Below the pieces are notes generated by a model. The model made no database searches. It was not told where the DNA came from and saw only the letters and a program-made list of their open reading frames with translations. From Lama glama (taxonomy: Eukaryota), in the NCBI GenBank assembly GCA_028534125.1, contig CM052817.1:12154001-12218000 (forward strand): a DNA stretch of 64,000 nucleotides, given 5' to 3'. Position numbers and translations under genes: made by a program. Positions 41,229 through 52,930 of the stretch are shown here, in pieces. Each line of letters starts with the position of its first letter. The stretch's first letter is position 1.

Positions 41229-44200
41229 GTGACCAATAATTATTATACTCACATAATTAAAATATATACTACATATAATAATAATAACAATACATATGCT
41301 TATAAGAATACTTCTTTTGCTACTCCTCGATTGGAGACTAATGCAGAACTTCGTTTCGGAACAGCCCAGAAAGTGTGATTTCAAGTTCTGTTAGTATTTC
41401 CCCAATTGTATACTAGAAATGATAATATTTGTCTTATTTTTTCTTTTTCCCCCTAAAAATCATTATGTTACTGTGTATGGAAATGGCTTGCAAACAGCAA
41501 GCTCTAAGAGATAAAAAGAGATTATTGAGTGATAAAATCCATAGGTATCTATTGAACCACATACTTATTGCCTGGGCTGTACTTTTTTGATCATAATCTA
41601 CATTGTCAGATCATCTGCTCTAATGGAAGTGACAAAACTATTGAAAAAATAAACTGAATGCATATTGGATATATCTATGAGCAGGTACTACATGGCCAGA
41701 AGTGTCTGAAGTCCTAGGCTGATTCTTAAATTAAGGAATCTGGCATTTTTAATAAGACTTATTCTGAATATACTTAGAGACTCTTCATCACCCTTATATC
41801 ATGGAGAGTTGGGGAATACTTTCAAAGACATGATTTTCTGAAATGATGACTTGTTTGTAATTTGTTCTATTTAAGAGGAAGAAGGAAGGGCTGGTTAATC
41901 TGAATCATCAGTTTGCTCTGTGCCTGACATGGGACCACAAGAACCTTGCAAAGCATGAGTTTTTCACCTTCCCCACCCCTCCCAGCCTCTCAGCATGCTC
42001 TGTCAATTTTCCTACATAAATAAACTTAGCAAAGTATGTAATTTCTGGGAACGGTTGTCACCCGAGATGGAGAAAAAAAAAATGTCCGCCAAACTAGGGA
42101 CAAAAATCTCGTAGCTTCTAGTCCCAGATTTATGGTCTAGAATCACTACCAAAAACTGTTTCATCTGTATTAGCAAGACTTTCTATCCCTGGAGGTAAAC
42201 GGGTACAATGAATATTTATTATGGCCCAGGGTATTGTTCTCATTTTTTATGGCTGCTAGCTTTTGTTCCTCTTATGTAACAGGGAAAGTTTTCTGGAACA
42301 GCCAGCCAGGCCAGGACACTGTGCTTATATGGTGGGCTCTTAAGACCTATTTGTTGAACTGAATGCATTTTCTTGTTATGAAACTTCGGATAGAATCCTG
42401 GATTTACTTGTTTATTAAACCTTGTAACCTTGTACCACTTATTTTTATTCTCAGAATCTCATCTGACAAATGCGCATAGTAATAGGTGCCCAGGTTGCTA
42501 CACAGATTAAATAAGTAAGTAAGTAAATATAAAATAACATTCATGAGGTGGATGACCTGTTCTGGAACATATTAGTTACTCCCTTTATGTTATTTATCCT
42601 ATCCTATCCCCTTCTACTTAAAAAAGAGAACTAAAAAATCTACTGCCATTTCTGTTGAATCATCTTATTCAAGAAATTCTCATGAGCCAAAGGTCAATTT
42701 CACAAAATTAAAAGATGGGGGCAGTTTTTCACCTCTAAGATCTGTAGATAATTCGGAACAAGAGTGGATTCCTTTTCCTTTCTATGACGTGGATACTTGC
42801 CTCACTGAAGAGTTGGTATTTTCAGAAGTCTTGCCACTTTTCCAAGGTACTTTTCCATAGAATATCTTATTTGGTTCTCACGGTAAAACTTGGGGGACAG
42901 AGCCATTATCAGTCCATTTTTTAAAATTTGAAGACAATAAATATAAGTAAACACTCACTTACTCCCTCAAACCTGTTCCTCCCCAGCCTTTACTGTTTCA
43001 ATTAATCATAATTTTGTAGTTAATCAGAGCTACCATCCAGGAGGTGTCTTTCCCTATTTCTTCTTTCTCACATCCAATACCTCTGCTAGTTCCATGGCTC
43101 CTGCTTCTAAAATATATTCTAAATTCATCAATTTTTCACCATTGCACTTTGACTCCCTTAATCATTGCCACCACTGTGTGTTATCTTATACAGTTGTGAT
43201 AAGATAAATATGGAAAAAATTAACTCAAATGCTTAAAATCGATGTAAGTTATTTTTATTATTGAGGTTTCGATAAGTAATACTCTTTCTCCACCTAAATT
43301 CTCCCCTAGTAGGAAGAAAGATAAAAGAATTTGGCAGACAGAGATAAAAGTATCATCTTTATCACTTCCCTGAATGCAGTTCAACACTTCAGTTCTTCAT
43401 TAATGAAATGTGTGACCCTTCTCTGGATGAATTCATGTCTTGAGTCTGTGAAATCTCTCTTATTCCATCCATATGCCTGGGTGTTCTAAATAAATTGGCC
43501 TCACCATTTGATTATCTTTTAAGCATGAACGACCAGGTTAGAATTATTCTACTTTATCCTAATTGGAGGCTGAGAGCAAATTTAACTGCCAAACCAAGAC
43601 AATGCCTACCAGACTTCCTTTGGGTCTCTTTGCCTTTTGCCAGACTGAATCTTGCAGCACAGCATCCCGGCCCCACCCAAGGAAGCTGCTTTTCTCTCCT
43701 GTCGGCTATGTGGATGACTTTAAGTCAGACGTGCCAGAGAGCTTTTCAGCTTTACCCTTTTTCACCTTAGCGTTATCTTACGTATAATGTCTAATCTATG
43801 CCCCACTGGCTTTTGTAGAGGTCAAGCCATGCTCTTGTAGTTCAAGATCAAGCTGTACCTTTACACAGTCATGGCCAACATGGACTGACTGCTCAATAAG
43901 GTAGAGCTGTCCCAGTTTGCTGAGGTCCTTGCAAGAATTGTTTGCTAAAGGTCTGTATTTTCTATGAGCTATGCCTGCTAAAAATAGCCCTACCTCTATC
44001 AATGAAGCCACTTGCCTGTGAACGAAGCTGCCATAAACCATAATGATCCACCAAGGACAAAATTCTACTTAGGCCACACTTAACTAAAGCCTTAAGAATA
44101 AAGCTGTCAGATGATCTCTCCCTCCCCCGCCTTCCCTCTCTCTCTCTCCCTCTCTCGCTCTCTGGCATTTTGTTCTTCAAAGCTACTTCTTGACTTTTAT

Positions 44201-45609
44201 CAAGTTTCCTAACTATCACAAGCAGATATTAGAGTTTGGGAGAACTTAAATAACTTTTCTTCCTAGCCTTAGTTCAAAGTAAAATGAAATCCAGGAGACA
44301 GAGAGACGGTAAATCCGAGGATCTGCTTTATTGGCATTAAGGTAAATGTAGACCCTGGTTATGTCCCTAGGCAAGGGAGATTGCTATTACTTTTCTCTTA
44401 AAATGAGCAGACAAATCCACCTTGTCACAGGCAGTACTGCATGACTGAAGACTTTGCGCCAAATGGCAGAGTCCACCTGCTAAGTTATTGGCTCCATGGA
44501 AGAGCAGAATGCAGTTCTATGTGAGCAGAAAGACCCCAAAGGGAACAGAGGAGGAGACTGAGAAAGCAATGCTCACCTTCTGTTCCTATCAACACCAGTC
44601 AGCTGGCTGACTTCTCCCAGCACCGGGAGGAATAAGGGCGGTGGGTGGGGACAGAGCCAAGAGAGCTTGTTTGGCTGAAGTTTCTCTACCTGGAAGAATG
44701 AGGAGTGGAGAATTACTGTTCTTCTACCAAAAAATATCATCATGATTCTGAATTTCACTTAATAAGTGAAGAGATAAGCACTGAGAACTTAAATGATCTG
44801 AAGGAACTAATGATCATTAATTACATGCTAATACCAAAGAGAGAAAGAGATGCTCTTATAAATATGCAGCTGGTATAATTTTTCATTCCACTTATTTTGA
44901 TGGCAATAATGATGATTATAATATGATGGTTGCTTAGGATAATGAACAGAACCTTCCCTAGGAAGTATTATCTTTTTGAGATTCTTAGTGCTTTTTTTGG
45001 ACCAATGCTTCTAAATGTGTGGTAGTAAGGAATATTGTCACACATCAGAATGAGAGGAAGGAGAGGGCTCTTTTCAGACTAAATTACTCGGATAAAGATA
45101 CCCAACTTCACCATCTCTACTTGAAAAATCTCTTCTCAAGCGGGCTACAGAGTAATAGTTTTCAAGATCAGCATGTTTTAAACCTCAGGTCACTGAGCCT
45201 GAAAAGAATTGAAGACTGCTGCTTTGGAATCATGTTAATTTCCCATCATCATGCCCATTTGTGGCCCCTCCAGACCCTCCATTGGCCTGATGCTCGGACC
45301 CTTTGCTCAATATCTTATCATTACCTTCCAGCTACCCAAGCTGTTGCTTCTTGTGAATCTTTCCTCCCATACCGTTCCATCTTCTCTCCTCACCCTACAT
45401 GAGGATACTCTTCTCAACCTATTAGGAAAGGTACCTACTTGTAAAGCTTATCAGAGCAAGGCTTTCAAGTGAGCCACTCTTTCATACACCCGTTTAATCC
45501 TAAAATAATTGTGGGCATCACCATGTGCCAGACCCTGCATAAGAGCTCAGGTTACCAATGTTGGGAAGCCACAAGAATGGCTATGAGGGATGTTAGGTTG
45601 CTGCTGGAG

Positions 45610-45785
45610 CTGAATTTCTCAAAGTACTCTATTTACAACTTCACTACCTAACGTGTGGTTCTGGGACATTGTGTTAGAGATGCCGAAACTTAGACCCCCA
45701 CACCTGAGCTATTGAATCAAAAATCTTTATTTCAACAAGAAACATAGTTTATGGGTATATGAATTAAACTTTAGGAAGTACTGCC
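45610..45785. mobile_element. MER5-like hAT MITE
   Basis: tttctcaaagt...gttagagatgccgaaacttagacc...tattgaatcaaaatc...ttcaacaaga...taaactttaggaagtactg. Confidence 0.6.
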
Positions 45786-45812
45786 TTGAAACACATTCTG
45801 TAATACGTCCTG

Positions 45813-46173
45813 TGTCTTAGTCTGCTTTGCTCCTATAACAAAATGTCATGGACTAGAGAGTTTAAACAACGGACATTTATTCCTCACCATTCTGGAGGCT
45901 GGGAAGTCCCAGATCAGGGTGCCAGCAGGCTTGGTTTCTGATGAGAACCCTCTTCTTCTCTTGCCTTTTTGCTGTATTCTCACATGGTGGGGAGAAGGAA
46001 AGCATACCCTGGTCTCTACTTATAAGGGCACTAATCCCATAAAGAGGACCCCACCCTCATTACTTCATCTAAAACCAATTGCTTCTCAAAGGTCTCATCG
46101 TTTAATAGTCTCACATCAGGAGTAAGGGCTTCAACATATAAATATTGAGGTCACAAACATTTTGTCCATAACA
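45813..46173 (-). mobile_element. MaLR solo LTR (MLT1A-like)
   Basis: tgtcttagtc...ttctggaggctgggaagtcccagatcagggtgccagca...tataagggcactaatcccat...gggcttcaacatataaat...gtccataaca, with TG...CA termini. Confidence 0.9.
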
Positions 46174-47629
46174 TTCTACTATTACAAATATTTCATATTC
46201 TATTCAAATTCAAAAATTTTGAGTTAAGTGATGTTAAACAGCTTTTTGTATTGGATAACTTTCCAGAGGCTTTATATGGTAGTCTGCCATTTTAATCTCC
46301 AAGAAGCACATATAGTGCATTGGGTTTCCAAAATTTTTGACCAGGGAGCCACATTTAATCTAAAATATTTAATGAACTAGGGTTTTAGAGAATGTCTTTT
46401 GAAAAAATTGGGGTCGCATGATTTTTTTTCTGCTTTTCTTTTTTTAGCTTTTATACTTCTGGAAAAGTTTTCATCTCATTAATTTAATACTCTATTATAA
46501 CAAACTCTTCTCTACAGCATACGTTCTTCTAGTAATAGAAATCATGTCTAGTATTTAAAACCACCACCTCCTGTCTTAGTCCATGTGTTGGGTAGGATTA
46601 ACCCAAAACCTAGGTATGGATGAGCATGTGACTCAGGCCTGGCTAACCAATCACCATGATTTTTGCTCAAGGATAGGTATATCAACGATGCTGGGCCAGT
46701 GAACTTAGTTGAAGGACAACATTAATTGAGACAGTGGGGGGAGGGCTGGGCCATGAGGGAGAGAGATCATGAGATAACTCCCATTTTGAGATCATGAGAC
46801 AACTCATACAGAATCATGTAAGCATGCTGATTGCAATCTGGACTTCCACTGTTTTAAATTTAAATTATTTAGAGTTAGGATTCTATTGTTTTCAACAATA
46901 AGATCCCTTTTTCATGCATCTGGATTTTTGATACACTCTTGGGGCAGCTATTGAGTCTTTTCAAAGGTGTTGTGCCGTGGATGGCAGGTAGCGAAGACAT
47001 GTGGGGCAGGCTCTCTCGTCGGCCAGTGCCCCTCAAGTGTGTGATGAAGCTGCTGGGGTTGGGACCCATCTTGGGAAAAGGGTTTACTAATCATGGTCAC
47101 TGTCAGGGGTCACTAGTGCTCTCGAGAAAAGCATCTGGTATCCCTGAAAACCTCTTTAAAAGTGGTTGCCAAATCTGGCTCTTCTCAGAATCATCTGGAA
47201 ACCTTGCTGAACGTATAGAATTTTGGACCAATAAAGAGTTACACATCAGAGTTCCTGGAGCAGGATCTACAAAGATGTACCTGAAACCACATCTCACCTT
47301 GTAATTCCTACTGTGGCCAGCTTGGCATTTGTTGATGGATGATACTAAAAGACCCCTACCTTCGAGGATATTTGGCTCCTATCCGGCTTTGAGTGTTCTC
47401 TGGCTGAGAATCAATTCTTTTCCAAAGTGGCCACAAATAAAGCCCTCTACCTACTAAGCAACAATCCTTGGGAATTAATCAACATTAGAACCCTGTATTA
47501 AATCCACTCAGAGTATTTTTTCCCCTATTTTGGAGAGATCAGCCATATTTACCATCTCAGTGTCTTGTGTCAGAGCTTCAAAATGTTTTACATGCATTAT
47601 CTCACTTGATCCTCTTGTAGACCCTCCCA

Positions 47630-47802
47630 ATAGAATACATAATGCTCAGTTAAATTTGAATTTCAAATAATGGGTGTGGTTTTAGTATAAATATGCCCCA
47701 AATATGGAATGGGGCATGTGCTAACAATGTATTAGTTTTTTATCTGAAATCCAAATTTAACTGGGCTTCCTGTATTCTTATTTGCTAAATCTGGTAATCC
47801 TA
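47630..47802. mobile_element. MER53 palindromic hAT MITE, inserted in an antisense MIR
   Basis: Long inverted repeat (cagttaaatttgaatttca 47647-47665 / tgaaatccaaatttaactg 47745-47763) and terminus tttgctaaatctggtaatccta. MIR sequence lies on both sides (about 47570-47620 and 47805-47990). Confidence 0.88.
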
Positions 47803-48374
47803 TGACCTCATTAAACTGGGAAGGAGGCAGAGCAAGTATTTGTCTCATTCAATTTTATAGATGAGAAAACTGATATTATGCAATATCCAAAACTGATATT
47901 CTGCAAACCTGTGACTTTCTCCAAGTCATGCAATCACTGAGCTACAGAGCAGAAACCATACCTTGGTTTTCTAGTTTCTGATCCAGGACTCTAGCTTTCA
48001 CTGTTTTAGCTTGAGGGGTAAGTGAAGAATGTTGATATTGTGTTCCTAACTACCATAGTTCATTTCAGCATACATTATTTCAGCATATTTTGGGGACAGA
48101 GGGATTACCTGACTTTAAATTGATGTTCAAATTACTATAAATATTTTGGGAGAGAAAACTATGCAGTCTTGTAAACTAGTGGATTCACATATAATTGGAA
48201 GAATGTATATTTCTTTAAATATTGGTTAAATAGGAGCCTCTATGAGTCTAGAGAAAGTCCAATGAACACAGCATAATCCATAACATGAATAAGAACTAAA
48301 TGTAAATCTTCATGAAATTAAAGAATAGGAGATTACTTTCCTTGATTGAATTGGGAAACTAGAAATTAATACTA

Positions 48375-48637
48375 TGGTCCAGGGGTTAAACCTTTGACTT
48401 TGAATTCAAATTATCTGGGTTAAACTTGGATCTAGCTCTCCTACTCTGTGCCCTTAGGTGAGTTGCTTAACTTATTTGTGACTCGGTTTTTCCCCTGTAA
48501 AATGGATCTAATCCTTGTAAACAGCTCATATGGTGGTTATGAGGATTAATTAATTTAATGCGAGTAAAGTGCTTTACAACAGTGACTGGCAGGTAGTAAA
48601 CACTCAATAAACTTAAGCTGCTATGATTATTATTATT
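48375..48637 (+). mobile_element. Near full-length MIR SINE
   Basis: Head, core (cggtttttcccctgtaaaatgg) and tail (aaagtgcttt...ctggcaggtagtaaacactcaataaa...tattatt) are all recognisable. Confidence 0.9.
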
Positions 48638-50623
48638 TTCCTTCTGCAGCTGCTGCTACCAGCGTGCGCCATAGTTATTCCAAGTTTCCTCTTGCCCCAA
48701 ATTGCTTTCTTACTGGTTCCATTAACAGCAACAATAAATCACATAACTTCAAACAAAGGTTTGCAGGTTTGCATCAAATGCTCCATCTGTTAGTAGACTG
48801 CAGTTAGTATAAATGGTGAAAGCTTAGAATGGTGCCTAAGCTGTCCAATTCTGCCCCAAATTCTAAGAATTAAGCTAAATATTTTGCTTAGATTCCCCTA
48901 CAATGTAGTATTGTATGATGATCTCTTAGATTTTCAAGGTAGAGATAATTCAGGTCAGGAATCACTTTGAAAACATAAATTTGTCATAAGTCAACCTTTA
49001 TTTCTAATCTTCATTTACTCAGTGGAAGAATGTTGGAAATTAGAAGCAATAAGATATACAGACAATTTGGAGTTTGTGAGTCTGAGCACGTCAGACTAAG
49101 GTTTAAATCCTTTGGACACGTACTTTAAATGAGTCTGGTTATCATAGCCAACTTCTTCAGTCCAGCATATTTTCCTCCATCTGCCAAGAGTTTGAGCATT
49201 TGATAGGTCTGTGCCCTTTCTTCAGCTGATTGCACGGCCCCATTGCTGCTGACTTTAAAATATTCAAACCGCTAATGTAATATGCAGCACCTGCAAATCC
49301 TGTGAAATATTAGCACAGTGGTAATGAGAATTGACTCCAAGTATAATGACAACAGGTGAAATTATTCATAGCCTGCTCATGTAGCAAACTTAAGATATAA
49401 GCTCAATGAGCATAAATGGAATAAGTTCATGACAAATATGAAAATATCCCAAACTGCTAAAGTAATAAAAGTAAATACAGTAAATCTTTCCTACAAATAT
49501 AGTAAGGTCCCTAACTGCAAATGTAATAAAACCTATCAACAGCTGCAATATATTTGGAACATATTATATAGCTTTACAAAGAATTATACCCCCTGCTGGT
49601 ATGACTTCAACAATGTCATGCTTTGTCTTTTTCCAGTGAGTCCAAATCTAGCAGACTACACGTTGCCCAGTGTATATTAAATATGACAGAGTGTTAATAC
49701 AACCAGGTTTGGATTGAAAATGAAATGCTCAATCCAGATGTGCTCTTTGGCCATTCTGCAAGCAGAGCCAAAGGCTGTGGATCTCCCAGCAGGGGCTGAA
49801 ATGCAGCCAGGAAAGCTAAGCACGGGAGGTGAGGAATTGATGAATCACTGGATAACCTTTTTGTTGCTTGGATATGGTATCTGAATCAGGAAAAGTGAGC
49901 AGTACGTGGACCAAGGGGATGGGGGCAGAGGGACTGAAGTGAGAAAGAGACGGGCCGGGGGGCGGGTGATGACATTCTGTAAAGATTATTCAGGTGCCAG
50001 GCTGTTTGCTAGATATTTTGTCTCTTCTTTCCCTTTCTCCTTTTATTTCCTTCTTTCGTCCCACAATTCAGAACATATCTGTTGACTACCTAGTAGTTTA
50101 TAGTTACTAATTATATCCAGGGAGAAAAGAGTAAATAAACTCATTGTCCCTGGCCATTTGAGGACCTGAAGTCCTGTGGGAGATTTAGAAAATGACAATA
50201 CTAATACAGTCACAATATTAATACTAACACAATTCTAATACAAGGCAGATACATCTGTCACTGGGCAAGAAGAGGATCTGGGACAGAAGCCTAAAGAATA
50301 TCAACATTTAAGGGATGGGCAGGGTTGCTTACACACTTGTAAGAGTCTTGCAGGTTTTTTTTATATACATGTACATCACTGTTCATCTTGCTTCACCCAC
50401 TTAAAAATACAGCAGGATTATTTCTTTAGGTCCACAAAAACAAAACAAACTCATTATTTTTAAATACTACAAAATATTTCATGCACTGAGCTCCCTAAAT
50501 TAACCAACATTTGGGTTATTTTCAGGGTTTTTTCCTCTCTATTTCTAATTGTTTGTTTGCTGTTTTGCTAGCCCACCCCTCGCCCCCATACTACAACAGG
50601 TATCTCCATACACATTGCTTTGC

Positions 50624-51123
50624 NNNNNNNNNNNNNNNNNNNNNNNNNNNNNNNNNNNNNNNNNNNNNNNNNNNNNNNNNNNNNNNNNNNNNNNNNNNNN
50701 NNNNNNNNNNNNNNNNNNNNNNNNNNNNNNNNNNNNNNNNNNNNNNNNNNNNNNNNNNNNNNNNNNNNNNNNNNNNNNNNNNNNNNNNNNNNNNNNNNNN
50801 NNNNNNNNNNNNNNNNNNNNNNNNNNNNNNNNNNNNNNNNNNNNNNNNNNNNNNNNNNNNNNNNNNNNNNNNNNNNNNNNNNNNNNNNNNNNNNNNNNNN
50901 NNNNNNNNNNNNNNNNNNNNNNNNNNNNNNNNNNNNNNNNNNNNNNNNNNNNNNNNNNNNNNNNNNNNNNNNNNNNNNNNNNNNNNNNNNNNNNNNNNNN
51001 NNNNNNNNNNNNNNNNNNNNNNNNNNNNNNNNNNNNNNNNNNNNNNNNNNNNNNNNNNNNNNNNNNNNNNNNNNNNNNNNNNNNNNNNNNNNNNNNNNNN
51101 NNNNNNNNNNNNNNNNNNNNNNN
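50624..51123. other. Assembly gap, exactly 500 N
   Basis: Run of N seen directly. Confidence 0.99.
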
Positions 51124-51462
51124 TCATAGAGAACAAACAGGTGATTGCCATAGGAGAGGGAGTCAGGGGACTGAGTGTATATATTTGATAGGTATTTTTT
51201 GATATATATTTAGACAGATAAATGGCCTATAAAACCTAAAATGTTTACTATTTGTTCCTTTATGGGGGGAACAAGTCTTTACATTGTATATCACTTTGGA
51301 AACAGTAGCAATTGTCACTTTCTGTATGATGCATTGCATTCTGTATCTTGCTAAACTAGGGTAAGATTTTTTTTTTATGGCATAAAATATATAGGCTCTG
51401 ATGGAACCAAGGATGGTAAAAGAGTAGAGGTCCACAAGAAGAACAATTACTATAAGGAGATT

Positions 51463-51512
51463 GATCTATCTATCTATCTATCTATCAATCTAGATCTAGA
51501 TCTAGATCTAGA
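51463..51512. repeat. (ATCT)n tetranucleotide run followed by (TCTAGA)4
   Basis: Seen directly. Confidence 0.92.
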
Positions 51513-52349
51513 AATATATCAGGATGAGAGCTGTCTGGATTGTTTCCACTCAGATCATTTTCTTGAGGATGGAAGGCTTCTCAACATATTTTTAAAACAG
51601 GGACTGAGCCTGTTAAGGGACAGGGTTACAGACTAAATTTATGGAAATGGTTTAAACAAATTTTAGGATTAATTGAATTTTCACAATAATTTTTAATGAT
51701 AAACTACAATGCTATGAAAAGAAATATGATAAACAGGCCATATAAACTACTTTCTTTGCATCCTTCTAAAAGTGAAGATTTTCCCAAGTAGGTAGCCGCT
51801 TTGGGGATTCCCTGCTCCCCCGACCACAAAGCTGATTTTGAAATACCACCAGTGTTGTATCTCCATTTATTTCAAGGGGTTTTGGAACATTTTAAAAAAT
51901 GCTCAAGGGAGAGTTGATTTGAAATAACTTTAATTTACAAAATAAATACATGAAATATAGCAATTTTAGGAAACCCTAGGTTATAACATTCAGTTAAACA
52001 AACAGAAAAATTAAATAACCACAGAATCAAGAAACATGAACTCCAAGAACAATAGATAATATTTACTGTAGAAAATACACCACAATTCTTGTAACATGCT
52101 TTTTTAAACTCTCTATGCAGAATACGAGCACTTACTCTCTCTGATTATTTTGGCACATAATCATATCCAGTCTTACTACATTATAGTATTAGTGTTGTCT
52201 TACAGAATAACTCCTGGATCATTACTATTGATGAGATAATATCTTGTTTTAAGACCTAGATTCAGACTCCTTGAGACAAGGGGCTATTTATAACTCCCTT
52301 TACTTGTGTAAGTCAATAAACTCTCAGTGGCTGGTTTCTTTGTGTGACC

Positions 52350-52930
52350 AGTACGTCGATAAGAAAGCACAATCTCTTCTTTCATGAGCTTACATTCTAG
52401 CGAAGCTAGACTCTCAATGAGTACACAAGTGGACAACATTTTTGTAAGTAATGATAAAGAGCTGGGGAAAACAAACAAAAAATAGTGACACTATAATGTG
52501 ATAGCTATCGTAGAGAGAGGGGGCAACTTCAGAATGAGTGCTCAAAAAGGGTGAGATCCAACGAATGAGACAGAGACAACCTCAAAAAGATGAGACAAAA
52601 ACATGTTTCAGACACAGTGAAGAGTCAGCATGAAGTTCCTGAGGCGAGAACCAGATCTGCCTGCTCCAGCAACAGCCAAGTTTGCTGTGGCTTGAGCATG
52701 GTTGGCAAGGACAGGGAGCAGCTATTGGACACGATGTTGGAAAGGTGTATGGGGAAGAATAATTTAACTGCTAGTAGAAATGGATGTTAGGATGCAAAAC
52801 GTGAAACCACAGTGACCAGTTAAGGGCCTGTTACTGAGAATCTTGCCCTAGGAATAAAGATGGCTTGAGTGTCGGCGATTTGAGTAAGTTTGGAGCAAAA
52901 TGGGGGGGCCCAGGATATGTTTTTAAAAAG
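52350..52930 (-). mobile_element. L2 fossil
   Basis: ttcatgagcttacattctag...ttcctgaggcgagaaccagatctgcctgctccagcaacagccaag match antisense L2. Confidence 0.7.
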
